Program-made: the position numbers and the translations under genes
Shown here: positions 36,301 to 48,473 of the stretch, piece after piece
How the letters are laid out: each line of letters begins with the position of its first letter
Position numbering within the stretch: the first letter of the stretch is position 1
The notes under the pieces: model-generated
Database searches by the model: none
Told to the model about the DNA's origin: nothing
Seen by the model: only the letters and a program-made list of their open reading frames with translations
NCBI GenBank assembly: GCA_973895155.1
Contig: OZ316897.1
Location: 11,431,832 to 11,495,831 of the forward strand
DNA from: Marsupella aquatica
Lineage: Eukaryota > Plantae > Marchantiophyta
Length of the DNA: 64,000 nt
Direction: 5' to 3'

Positions 36301-38218
36301 AACTAGGCTCTAGAATTCCTCGTGCAAATTGACACGTTTTCTTATGTTCAAATGAGAAGCTTGGTCCTATGGTGAGCCCACTTAATTCTGCAGTGGAATT
36401 TGCTCTTTTTCAAGCTCTATAAGTGCACATGCGTTGATGTAGATTTTTTTGTTTCAAGTTAGATGTCACTAACAAGTAAACACAACCACTCTCTAGCCAA
36501 GGGAGCAAGGCGTGAGCAATACAAGAAGCAAACACGGTCACCCAAATGAGGACACTGGCTGACTGCCAATGGCATTCGGGTTCAAGCTGGTGCTGGCTTG
36601 GGTCATGCACTGTTGCATGAATGTGGAATGATGGTGCCCACTTGCTTGAAAAGGGGCACATTTTTGCTCAAATATTTACCTTTTCAATAATGTAAATAGG
36701 TTTTTAGACAACTCTTCACTTAAATCAACCTTTCAAAAGGTTTCCAAACTATATAATGGAAATGGTGGAACTTCACTAGAATCATTTGGGGAGACGCGCC
36801 TCGACATGAGAGAAATTCCTTGTTACAAGCACTGGGCCCAAGTAAATGCTATGAGGCTCAGTAGGGCTTTAGTTGTTGGCCATTTGGTCTATTGGCTTTA
36901 TTGGTCTCCTAGGCTCTTTGGTTTTCTCAGTTTTTCTCTTCTTGGTTTTCCCCCTTTATTGTGTTTTCTGGCCTGTAGGATCCTGTCTCTCATTAAGGCC
37001 GCTTTGTAAATTTGCAGTTCTATATAGTCTAGCCTCATTACCCCTTACTTGGAAGTACATAGAGGTGAGGACAATCTTTGCCTCCATCTCTATTGTCTGT
37101 GTGCACCCACACTTTCACTTATACACTTAGTCAGAGTCATTCTCTAGAGGCTTTAGTGTAGACAATAGCCAGGCCTAAGGAGTTAGTTTTGATTGAAATT
37201 ATAGAGTTAATTAACTTCTATAATAAACAGTTGCACCCTTTCATAGAGTGGTTGTCTTTCAAATTTGCAGTGGTTGTCTTTCAAATTTGGCTAAGAAAAA
37301 TGAATATAGTGTGAATGAATTGGAGTGCACTATTTCCAAGCAAAAAGGAATCTAACAATACAAAGTACATGGAATGAGCCTCTAGCAATGCACGAGGATC
37401 AGGGAGACCTCCCTTTACCATGTACCATTAAAATAAGTATTGAGTCCCTTTACAAACTAAAAAAAGTGAGAATAAATCTTGACCGCTCATCAAAATATTA
37501 ATTTCTTCACACCATCAGATCTATCCATGCACCCCTTCCAAAATAAGTTCCTGCCCAAGCTACCCTTTAGCCTTCCCATACCTGTCACAATGAAATGCTT
37601 AATTTATAACTAATTCAATTTTATTCATATATAAATAATATTAAACTATTGGATATCTTAAACTGAGGTTGAATATAGTTCAATAATATTATACTATTGG
37701 ATATATTGAAACACAGGTTTTTCTCTCACTCAATTATTCTTGACCTCTATAATGTGGTGGTCATTATCTCACATCTTCAATTTCTATATGCAATGCACGG
37801 GTGAAATAACACGACCACAACTATTGTATGGTTGGGATCACACATAACATGCCTAAATAACAACATTGGAAAGTTTATTATTTTTTGCCGTGCTTTACAT
37901 CTTTTCTCACTTTCACAAGTCATATTTTCTAATATTTACATGTAGATCTCTCCTCAATATTTTTTTTTTGCATGACATCTTTTTCTCATTCAGCTTTTTA
38001 CTAAACTACCCCCCAAACTGGTCCTTAATACAACCTGCCCCCAAAACTAAAAAAATTGGTATACTGACCCCCAAACCGTATGGGGTTACCTTTAGTCCAA
38101 CTACACCACAACTGCTGCATCCCCATTGGCTGCCAAGTAACCAGAGTAGACTACCTGACCTGCATCCACTTTTCCACAGTCCATCGCCTTCTTGGGGCCA
38201 AATGGCGCAGCTTCGTCC

Positions 38219-40312
38219 ATCATCCATACAGCAGGAAGTGCTATGAGGCCATCGACGAGGGGGGGGGGATGATCATAAACTGAAGAACGGGGGACTGGGG
38301 CACAAATCACAACAGTGGGGCAGTTGCAGCCCTCTCAAACCATCGGGGCCACAATTGCAGCCAACTCCTATCTCGCACCCTCATTTTTGTTGGGACAAGA
38401 AGGCTTCTTGTATTGCTCATGTACCTTAACACTCGACTACCTTAACACTTAGCTCCGACGTCGTTGACTCTGATGCCGAGCTCCCTTATGGTCCAGACCC
38501 GGATAGGCCATCCGGGGAAGACTTGGCATGGGGAGACTTGTGGGCAACAGGGCATGGCACTGGCGAAGGCAAGACGCTAAACTAGTGACACACACTAAGG
38601 GCTTAGACTAGCTGAGGGTTGGTCGGGTCAAGGGGAAAAGGGTTGGGCTCAAGGTTGATCGTCCGGACCCCCGGACGGACTTTGAGTTCTGAGGGCTTGA
38701 GTGAGAGCCTCTCTTGGACCCAAGGCCAATGGAATTGACTACATGGGCAACGGACGCTTGGGGCACGAGTTATGGCCCAATCCGAGTTTGGCCGATCGGG
38801 GGTCCCGAGTGACAATGGGATTTGAGGGCCTAGGCATGAGCACTGGGTTGGCCCGATCACAACGGGCTATGGCACTCCGCTTGCGGACGCCTAACTAGAA
38901 AGTTATGGGCATTGACAGTTGGTGACGCACCCAGACATGCGGGTTGGGGTCCAGGTTGGGGGCCAAAATTTGGGGACCAAAGTTGGTCCGGGGGTGACAA
39001 GTCTCCAGAAACATATATGAGGGGAGTGGTGTCTCCCTAGGGGCTAAGGGCGAGCCAAAGTTGTGAGCCACTGCCGTCGCGACACTAAAGGAAAACGTCA
39101 AACTGAAACGGCAATAACTTCCCAACGGGAAGTCCGTCGAGGACTTCTTGGGTGTGTTGGAAAGCTCTTAAGGATGGCTACATTCTCTTGCCAGCTTGCC
39201 AAAACCCTGCTGAAATAGCAGCCAAGCCGCGTTCAGTCCCTCAAGGGAGCTTGCATTGGGGAGGCAAGGCCAAGTAGGCATAGAGGTTGAGTTCCAAAGG
39301 CACTTGGCTCCTAGACCATTAGTGGGGAGAGAAATAGAAGTTAATTGCTATAGTCGGAGCCATTCTGGTCCCGCGTGTTGGGACAAGCTACGCTATTTGG
39401 GCCATGAGATGTCTTGGGGGCACGATGGTCAATTGGTGATGGATAGGTACGAGGGGGAACCCGGGCTATGCCCAAGGAAGGAGCTGTTCTAGACAAACAG
39501 TGGACGTCAGTTCTGGTTCCGACTTATGGCATCGGGAGGACCTATTGTTGACCTACTTATCAATGTCTGTTGAGTTTGAGTTAGGATGTTAGACTGGGGA
39601 GATCTAGATCATGAGGGGTTACTTACCGAGACGCTTGGTTGCTTGTGCAGATAGTGAGGACCGTTGAGTAGCGGTCATGTTGGAGAGCAAGCTAGTGCGG
39701 CTTTGTATGGGAGGGGTCACTAGCGGTGCAAGGGGCATTGGGTCGCTTGCTTGAGGTATTCCATGGAGGCATTTGGGCACCAGGGGCACTTAGGCATGGT
39801 TGTTGGGATTGGTGAGGGTGTTGGGTGGCTAGGTCCACCACTGGGGACAAGAGCTCTTCTAGCATGAAAACAAGGCTGCCAATGACCATGCACTTCAGCC
39901 AAGCAGGATGCACTCTCCCTCGCTCAGCAACTCTACCTCGCTCAGCTTTTGCGCCCACGCCTGATCCGTCTATGGCATCCTCCCTTGCATTGCGCCACCA
40001 TCCATTTGCTCTCGTTGCCTACCCTTTGCCTTTCCCTTCCACATTTGGCACTCACCCTCCCTTTGCCTTTCCATTCCACATTCGACACTAAACTCGGACA
40101 GCGGCTAAAAAAACCTGCAACAAAGGCGAGCTAATTCTTCGAGAAAAATGAGGGTTGTGACTGCCTTGATGGTTGTGATTTGTGCCCCAGTCCCGAGTAC
40201 TTTGGTTTAGGTTCAGGTCCCAGCCCTGGTCCCAAGTACTTCAGTTGCACTTCAAAACCCCCCCCCCCCACCCGCTCGATGGCCTCAGAGCACTTCGTGC
40301 CCGATGGATGAT
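38219..40312. mobile_element. Long inverted-repeat (MULE/foldback-like) element enclosing a second element
   Basis: 38219-38313 (atcatccat..gaagtgctatgaggccatcga..poly-G..gggactggggcacaaatcacaac) is the reverse complement of ~40171-40312. No TSD seen. Confidence 0.7.
38430..39843. mobile_element. Inverted second copy of the 7858-9302 element
   Basis: Colinear reverse-complement similarity over ~1.4 kb; left end rearranged (taccttaacact duplicated). Confidence 0.85.
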
Positions 40313-43300
40313 ATATTTTTCACCTTGACATCTTTTCTCACCTCAATAGCTGTTGTGCAAAGCACAGGTATCTGGCCCAAGATGTACTTATTTAACAACA
40401 TCTTTTACTTCTGAACATTTTTTCCTAACAACATACTTTACTTTTTGACCATTTTGTATTTAATGTTCATCTTTATACTTAACAATATTTTTGGCATAAC
40501 AACATCACTGGTGACACGACATCTATTTACTTGACGACATCTTTTTACTTCATGACATTTTGTGCATAACGACAACTTGGGAAACACAACATCTTTTCTC
40601 TCAACGATATCTTGGGCGCCACAACACTTTTTTCTTAGCGACATCTTGGGTGCCACGACATCTTGGGTGCAATGACGTCTCTTTTCTTAATAACATCTTG
40701 GGCGCGACGATATTTTTCTTTTAACGACACCTTGGGCAACACAACATCTTCTCTCTTCACAACATCTTTTGTGCAACTCACGGGTATTGAGCTAGTACTT
40801 ATATAATAGAATAGATAGATATGCAACGCTCATATGGTCTAGAATATTAAACACCTCGAGAGGTTCGTCCCTTGTTGCAAAAGTTGGGTAGATTCCACCT
40901 ATTTAAAGAGTATTTTCCAGTTTTGACAAAAAATGTCCGGGTCTTTTGTATTCCATTGGCCAGATTCCCACCTACCGTAGCTAGTATCTGATGTTCCTCT
41001 CTAGACCTATCTTCTGCTTCACACAAGTGACACTACTATAGCTGGACACCCTAGAGAACATTTATGACCTTTGCTCACAAGCTCATAAATGTTTATGTAT
41101 CTTTGTTTCAAAAGATACTTGGTATAGAGGAGAGATATACTTAGTGGACCTCCAAATGCAACTTTTTCTGTTGCACATGCTCTCCTAGTGGACATCAGGG
41201 CCCACCAGAGGTACCATTTGGTGTGAGATGTTCTTCTCACGCACTGTGCAGTTCTTGTAATGCAAGATTGTCACTGTAAAACGTAACATGTTCTATTGTT
41301 CTTCAACATTCGACCGCGTCGTTGAATGTGGTCGACTACAATCGCAGTTCTGAGTGAATCAATGTATACATTGACCACAATGCATACAACATCAACTGTA
41401 ATGTCAAACAAAAAATAAAAATTATAAGTGTGAAATCTGAATACAACGTGCAGTGTGTATACATACAAATCAGATTTCTATGTTGAATATTCATTTGTAG
41501 GTTTTGTCCATTTGGGCAAGCTTCGATGGGGGGCGGCTTCGTAAAGTCTGAGGGAATGAAATTTTTTCTCAGTGTGAAATCTAAGTACAACGTGCAAAGT
41601 GTATACATCACAAATCATACTTCTATGTTGAATAGAATAGGTTTTGTCCATTTGGGCAGGCTTTGGCAGGGGTGTCTTTGTAAAGTCGGAGGGACCGAAT
41701 TTTTTTTCTTAGTGTGAAATCTGAATACAACGTGACAAGTGTATACATCACAAATCATACTTCTATATAAGTTGAATACAATAGGTTTTGTCCATTTCGG
41801 CAGGCTTCGGCCGGGTGCATCTTTGTAAAGTTGGAGGAAATGAATTTTTTCCAAGTGTGAAATCTGAATGTAAGGTGCATATTGTATACAAACTACACAT
41901 CGTTCTATGTTCTACCTTATTTGGTTTTGTCCATTAGAGCAGGCCTTGGTGCCTGTATGTAAGGCAAGGGAGTTATAACTTTGTTTAAGTGCAACCTTTG
42001 GAATACATGTCTACCATGTATACAAGGTGAAAATGGTTTTGTCCATTTGTAGGCTGCGGAGTCATGAATACAATTTTTGCATTGTGAGTAATGAATACAT
42101 TGTGAGACATGTATACCATCCAATCATGGTTTGTGCATTCTCGTCTACTTTGTTCATTTTTGGACCAGATTGATCATGCAAGTGTCGAGTCTTCAAAGAG
42201 AGCAAGAAATCAAGCAACATTGAATATTATTTACTAAATCCAACAACAATACACACGGACATATATAGGCATATTGATCAGTTCATATTTATTATCAAGA
42301 ACACATTGGTGAGAAAATAGGGCTATAACTTTCCCAAAATTGTGAACCATGTTGTCTTCCAACACATATTCTCATGAAAGAAACAAAGGTTAAGACGTGT
42401 TACATGAAACAAAGTTTAAAGAACACATAACGTAATGGCCCAATGTTCTCATACACATCAACCATGAAAATTTGGAACATATACAAACAATGTCAATTGT
42501 TCCTGTCTAGCTGTGGGTCGTGGTTGCATTGCTCCGCTGCTTCAATGGACTTCAACCAAACCACCACCAATCCCATGCCTACAACCTTTGTAAGTGAACT
42601 TTCTAGGCCACAGGAAATCAAAGGCAAAGTTACAAACATATACTGGGATTGGCGCAATGATGTTGTCTGGCCGCCCCTTTCATTGCAATTTGCACATCCT
42701 CAAGGGTCGACATAGCAAGAACACGAGCAAGAACATGAGCAGGAATAGCAGGAACCAGCAGCACGAGCAAGAACCAGCAACACGAGCAAGAACAGTAGGA
42801 ACCAGGAACACAAGCAAGAACCAGCAACACGAGAAAATGTGAGAAAATGTGGAGAAACAAACCAAATGACAACAAAACAGGTTCTGAAAGAGTTCCATAA
42901 AGGGCGGGCACATTTTGAATTTTGAACATTCCTTTAAAAGTTGTATACATTACAGACAATGTATTCATAAAAGCAAGGAGGTTGGGGGAGGCAAGGTGCT
43001 TGCAAGCTCCAATGCAGTTGTAAACTATTTCCTTTGTATCTTAAACACTAAAGTGACAACATTTTATGAAATACTTCAAGGCAATACTTCAAGGCCGGGG
43101 CACGAAGGTGCTTGCGTGCTCTAATGCCACCACAAACTCGTTCAATTGTAGTTTTGAATACAATAGCCATATTGTATTCACAAAAACTAGGAAGGCCATG
43201 GTGTTGCGGTGCTTAATTGCGGCCAGGGCTACGACGCTTGTGGACTGCGACATTATTGATGGCCTACTACACATGACCACCCATGGTGTCCACAGGGTAC

Positions 43301-43670
43301 GTAGTGGACCTGAACTGTGTGGTAAGGTATTTCAGAAGAACATGCTTGTCCGGAGTGGACCCGGAGGTGTGGTAAGGTGTTTGAGAAGAACATGCTTGTC
43401 CGGGGTGGGCCTGAAGGTGTGCTAAGGTGTTTCAGAAGAACATACTTGTGCTGAGTGGGTCTGAAGGTCCATTGGGAGGGAATCTGAACGTTGGGGTCCA
43501 CTGGGCGAGCGTGCCCGAAGGTGTGGTAAGGTGTTTTTGAAGAACATGCTTGTACAGAGTGGGCCCGGAGGTCCATTGGGAGAGAATCTGAAGGCCTTGG
43601 GGTCCAATGAGAGAAAGTTGGTTTGCGAGTTCCACTAAGTAGATAAAGTTGGGTTGGGAGGTCCACTAAG
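40310..43670. repeat. Cluster of degenerate tandem arrays (probable DNA-transposon relic)
   Basis: Short 'acaacatctt..cttgggc' units (40310-40780), ~140-bp units 'agtgtgaaatctgaatacaacgtg..ggttttgtccattt' x4 (41427-41940), 'cacgagcaagaac' units (42710-42835) and ~50-bp 'gtgtggtaaggtgttt..agaagaacatgcttg' units (43310-43560). Confidence 0.75.
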
Positions 43671-44300
43671 TATATATCTCTAGTATAGAGTCTGTTTTTA
43701 GAGAAAGAAGTGGCGTTCTGGTGAAGAAGGTCTTAATTTCAATGACTAGTCTCGAGAGCAATGCAAACTACAGATACAACTTACTGACGACACAGAAGTT
43801 TGAGAGCGAGATTTGAGATGAAAGAATATGGATTAGCTATACGATTCTTCGAGATCAGGTACGAGACAGGTTGCAGGCAAAGCGGGAGGAATCATCACCG
43901 ACAAATTGATCGAATTCGGTTATGAAGCGAGCGCAATAGTGTCCTGACTTGTGAGCTTAGTTTGTTCTGCTGCAGCCAAGGAATTCATGAGGTGTGTACT
44001 GTGCACATTCGTTCGACTTAGTTTCGGATTTGGAAGCAAGTTTAGGGTTTATGGTTTAGTGGCTACAATCAATTAGCATTTGAGCATGTTGGCCTAGACT
44101 CCAGCGGTGTCTGTTCTCTCCAAGCACCACGGTTAGATTTCCTTAGCTTTTCCATATATCTCTAATCAGTCGGATTTCTTTGTAGGTCATGAGGTTGAGG
44201 TGAGAGAAGCACTTCGCAGACTGCGTGGAACGCACCAAAACGAAGGCTCCAATCAGGCAAGACTTAAAAGAGGCAAAGCAATTCTGCAGCAGGAGGAGCG

Positions 44301-45854
44301 ATGGAGGAGACTGTTGATTCGAGAAATACCGTGATTTTAGTCGTGGGGAATTTGCAAGAAAAGAAAACGGCCGTGGTGGACTGTCTCACAAAAGTTGGAA
44401 ATTGGGAGACATACACGACATTGGCTGGGGTCCGAATCCTGACCCACACATCTGGAGCCCAAGTTGTTGATACATTAGATGTGCGAAACGTTCAGGGTAA
44501 GAGCCCCACTATAATTGCGAGACGATGGATCTCCCAAAATTCTCTGAACAGAGTTATTCTCGGGAAGAGGGTAGTCGTGGTATGCGTGATCACAAATGCT
44601 ATCGTAAAGGAGAAGTGTAATGCATGTGTTTCCAGCTGGAATTGTTGGCTGGGAGTCTTGGGAACGATTTGGGAAAATCACAAGGACATACTGACAGTTG
44701 CGGTCACGGAGTCTAGCAATGACTTGAGTCTGGAGTCGCAAGAGCAACTTGAAATGTGTTTGCGCGGCCATGGGATAAGGTCAAGGAGCTTCCTGGTCTC
44801 AAATCTTAGTTCAGAAGCTTCGGTGGGGAAGCTGGTTGAAAGCATTCGGAAGATGTGTCCCACTTTCTGTCCGAGTAACGAACAGACCACCTTCGAGAGG
44901 GGAGATTCAAGCAACGCAAGTTGGTGCGGCATAGGCGGACGGTCAGGAAGTGACTGTCGCCAAGAAAGAGTTTTAGGAAGAATCCGCTTTGTGCCTTGGA
45001 GTCCCGAAAGACTCATCTTGTTTGGAAGGACAGGGAGTGGAAAGTCCACACTTGCACAAATGCTTACCTTGGGAAAGCTTGACGAGCAATCGACTAAATT
45101 CAAGGCAAGTTCAGGCATCAGAGGAGAAACAGATGCAATTTCTAGTGGTGAAGGACGAGGATGGTATGTTGTCGACACTCCAGGGCTCGGAGAGCCCGAA
45201 TCGGAAGCAAGCACCGTACCAACGCATTTCGCACAACTGAAGGTCAAGAAATGTGTGGAGGCGGTGGAAGGAACATTCTCCCACTATCTTTTTGTCCTGA
45301 AGAAGGACCGAATAGACTCTTTCGACGTGAGCCTATGGAAATTCTTTAAGCAGCTTTTCACCGTGTGCGGAGGGAAAACCAGTCACCATTGGAGCATTGT
45401 AATTTCTGACGCGGACCAGACATGGCTGCGAGAAAACAATTCTTATTTACGGCAAACATTCGAAGGCTGCAGCAGCTTTCTGACCGCAGAGTTTCCTTCG
45501 ATTGATGACGACGAGGAGACAGAGACAGTGTATGAAGAGATGAGAGCAGAGTCCCTTCGAGGCCTCGAGGAAGGGCTGGCTAGTTTGGGGCGATTCGACT
45601 TGTCTTGTGATTTCGGAGAAATGTCGAGGATGTCCATCTTGAATGAGAGAGACCGGAGCCTCAATGATGAAAAGGTAGATCAAACTTTTGCGGCCCTCGC
45701 TGATCTTATCGAATCCTTTGGATACTTAGGGGTGAATCCTTGTGTCTCAGGGGTCGGGCTCGGATCTTTGCTGTTTTTCACGAGTATAGACAAAATGATC
45801 CATCACCTGACTAGAATAATGAGCAAAGATCACATAACTCTTGACATTGCATGA
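44301..45854 (+). CDS. AIG1/GIMAP-like P-loop GTPase with N-terminal degenerate GTPase-like domain (517 aa)
   Basis: Intronless ORF with G1 LILFGRTGSGKST, G3 VVDTPGLGE, LFVLKKDR strand and a C-terminal hydrophobic stretch. The N-terminal half shows ILVVGNLQEKKT and VVDTLD at G1/G3-like spacing. Confidence 0.85.
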   Translation: MEETVDSRNTVILVVGNLQEKKTAVVDCLTKVGNWETYTTLAGVRILTHTSGAQVVDTLDVRNVQGKSPTIIARRWISQNSLNRVILGKRVVVVCVITNAIVKEKCNACVSSWNCWLGVLGTIWENHKDILTVAVTESSNDLSLESQEQLEMCLRGHGIRSRSFLVSNLSSEASVGKLVESIRKMCPTFCPSNEQTTFERGDSSNASWCGIGGRSGSDCRQERVLGRIRFVPWSPERLILFGRTGSGKSTLAQMLTLGKLDEQSTKFKASSGIRGETDAISSGEGRGWYVVDTPGLGEPESEASTVPTHFAQLKVKKCVEAVEGTFSHYLFVLKKDRIDSFDVSLWKFFKQLFTVCGGKTSHHWSIVISDADQTWLRENNSYLRQTFEGCSSFLTAEFPSIDDDEETETVYEEMRAESLRGLEEGLASLGRFDLSCDFGEMSRMSILNERDRSLNDEKVDQTFAALADLIESFGYLGVNPCVSGVGLGSLLFFTSIDKMIHHLTRIMSKDHITLDIA

Positions 45855-46501
45855 TTCAAGATAGGCTTGGTTACTTCCCCTGGTTGTTCGCTACAACCTT
45901 ATAATGCATGTACAGTAGCAACGGTCTCGGAAATATTCCAAGTTGAGGAATTTAATTCCACATTTCTTTTCGGAAGGTCTGTTGTGTTTCTGAGAGCATC
46001 CGCACCGGTGCTCTGGAACCCTGCCGAACCGGTATAATATTGGCCTTTCTCAGCCAGGTCACTATATTCCGGCTTGCAGCTGAGGTTGGTATTGGGAGAC
46101 CATATCCAGGCCAATGCAAAACTAGTTAGGTTGGTATTCGGAGACCATATCCAGGCCCATGCAAAACTAGTTTCTAGTGCCCGGATATTGGCCAGTTTTC
46201 CTGAGCGAAAGCTTCCAACCCGAGCCCTGGCAAAACTAATTTACTTCGGCTAGATTGCCACTTGTTTGGATTTGGCATGACATGGAATTTCCCTCCCTCG
46301 CCTGTGCCACCAACAACTTGCGGGAGAGAGACAACCGAGCTTTGAGAGGCTTCAAAATCGTACTGTTCAAGTTCTACAGTCTGCTGATGAAGCTCGTGGT
46401 CCCACTCTGAATGGGTCAAGCATTGTAGCTTCAAAATCATACTGTTCATGTTCTACGATACGCTGACGAACCTCGTGGTCCAACTATGAATGGGTTAAGC
46501 T

Positions 46502-47471
46502 TTGTACCCGCAAGACACTGTGCACTTACTAGGCTTTCTACACATGGCAGCACAAGGAAAAGATGTCAGTGGTCCCGAATTGAAGCAACTGTGTTACAAC
46601 TACTTGGAAATATCTCTAGATCCCTGCGTTGGTTCGGGACAAAAGAAAGACGGCTTCTGGGAGCGAGTTGGAGAAAACTACGACCAAACCAAACCGTTGG
46701 GCACTGAGGTGACAACTGCCAAGTCCCTTGAATCAAAGTGGGGTGAAATTCAAAAGGATGTTTCTAGATTTATGGGATGCGTTCATTCTGGAAAAGATCT
46801 CGTTATCTCTGGAACCAATTCTGAAGACACGTTGGAGAAGGCCAGGGATTTGTACAAGCAGTGATCCCAAGGGCAAGGACTTTGCTTTTACAATCTGTTA
46901 CTATATTCTGAAAGATTGCCCACCTAATGCCTCAAGATGTGAGGGCACAAGGATGATGGCACAAGGACGACGGCACAAGGAAAAACGAAGGGCAAGCAGC
47001 CACGAAAGCAGAAGTAGAGGGATACTGTCGGTGACCAGGGACAATGGGAATGATCCTCCCTTACCAGATGGCGACATTTAATCTGACAAGAGACAGAAGG
47101 AGCAGTGGGAAGATCGTACTTGCTCAGCTTTTGCCACTCAGAGACCCCCAAGAACTAAGATGGCAGAGGCTACAAAGAAAGCAAGGGCATAAGAAGATAC
47201 TCTCAAAATCTCTGCACAAACTCAAAAATTGATGGTAGAGACTGGTCATGATCAGTTGAGTATTCTGGAGATCCAATCCTCGATGAACATGTTGGTTATG
47301 CCAACAGATCATCTTACCCTGGCCAAGAGGGATTTGATGGCATTGTGGATGGAGGATGAGATGGCGAAGGTCAAGGAAACGATTGCACTCTGTACCACCC
47401 CACCATCGGCTACAGTCTCCAGGACATCTCAGCCGGCTACTATCTGCATCCAAGTTTCAGCCCAAATGTAG
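46502..47471 (+). pseudogene. Degenerate Myb/SANT + NAM-associated ORF (PIF/Harbinger ORF1-like)
   Basis: LC..YLEISLDPCVGSGQKKDGFWERV..SLESKWGEIQKDVSRF..SGTNSEDTLEKARDLY, then a frameshift to DPKGKDFAFTICYYILKDCP and further broken frames. Preceded by 45-bp (46084-46172) and ~79-bp (46351-46508) duplications. Confidence 0.8.
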
Positions 47472-48473
47472 ATGATAATGTGGAGCCAGAATGTGAAGCT
47501 ACTGAGTTTGACGATGCTCTACCTTTTTGAAGAAGTTGATTAGAATATTGCAACTGCAGTGCCTCCTTCAATTGATTCACTTCCCGGTTTATTTAAGTTT
47601 TAGTTTTGGCAAACACGCTGTGTGGTCTTCAAGTGAGTCAACTGCCTCTTTGAGTATGGGCCTGGAGTCGAAGGACGAGAGCAAAGCTAAACGAGGCATA
47701 ACAGAAGTTGTAAAGGTTGGAGCAATACTACAGGCAATTATCAACTTGGGACGGTGGGCACTTGCATACAAAGAAGTACAGGGTTCAAGGGCATTTCCAT
47801 TTGCAATTCAGTTTGAACCAACAGCCCTGGAGCTTCACTGCTCATACACTGTCTTGTATATGTGACTGGGAAATTGGTTCAGGTGCCGAAGGGACAATTC
47901 TGCGAGTTTCGTGACACTTTCACAGAACGGACCAAATCACAGATCCCTGCTTCGGCTCTCTTGAATTGGGTTGACGAAAATCAAACAGTGCAGATCAAGA
48001 ACGGCGTAAACATGGATGGAATAGTGGATGCTATCGGACTGGAAACGAAAGAAAGCAAAGGTAAATTGCGGCCCCCATGAAGGGACTGATTACACTTGAC
48101 ACGTTACCCTAACTAAAGGCTCGTGAACTGGACAACTTCCTTGTCCCCATATACATCCTTTATATCCCTGGCCTCCGTTTCTTCCCGGTCCAAACCTGGG
48201 TATGAAATCTAAATTTTCTTCTGCTGTTACAGGCCGATTGACTTGCATGAGATCGCCTCAAGTACTTCTTGGATCGAGACCAAACGAGACCAAACGAGAC
48301 CAAAACTAAAGCGTGTCAGAAAGGGTTCACGCTGTATTTCTAATTTTTGGGGTGTCATCACTATGTGTACAAATGACTAAGAATGAATGAAACCCTTGAT
48401 CTAAAACAATGAAGTTAAATTACCTCACTGTGCTTTGAAGAAAGTATATTCTATTTACAGCGAGTCGACTAAA

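Noticed and set aside
33330-38200. Short ORFs between the katanin promoter and the inverted-repeat element
   Set aside because: No recognisable domains or splice-consistent gene; probably decayed repeats that I cannot classify.
44678-45247. 189-aa minus-strand ORF
   Set aside because: Antisense to the GTPase ORF.
47862-48080. 72-aa + strand ORF
   Set aside because: GTG start, no motif and no supporting gene structure.
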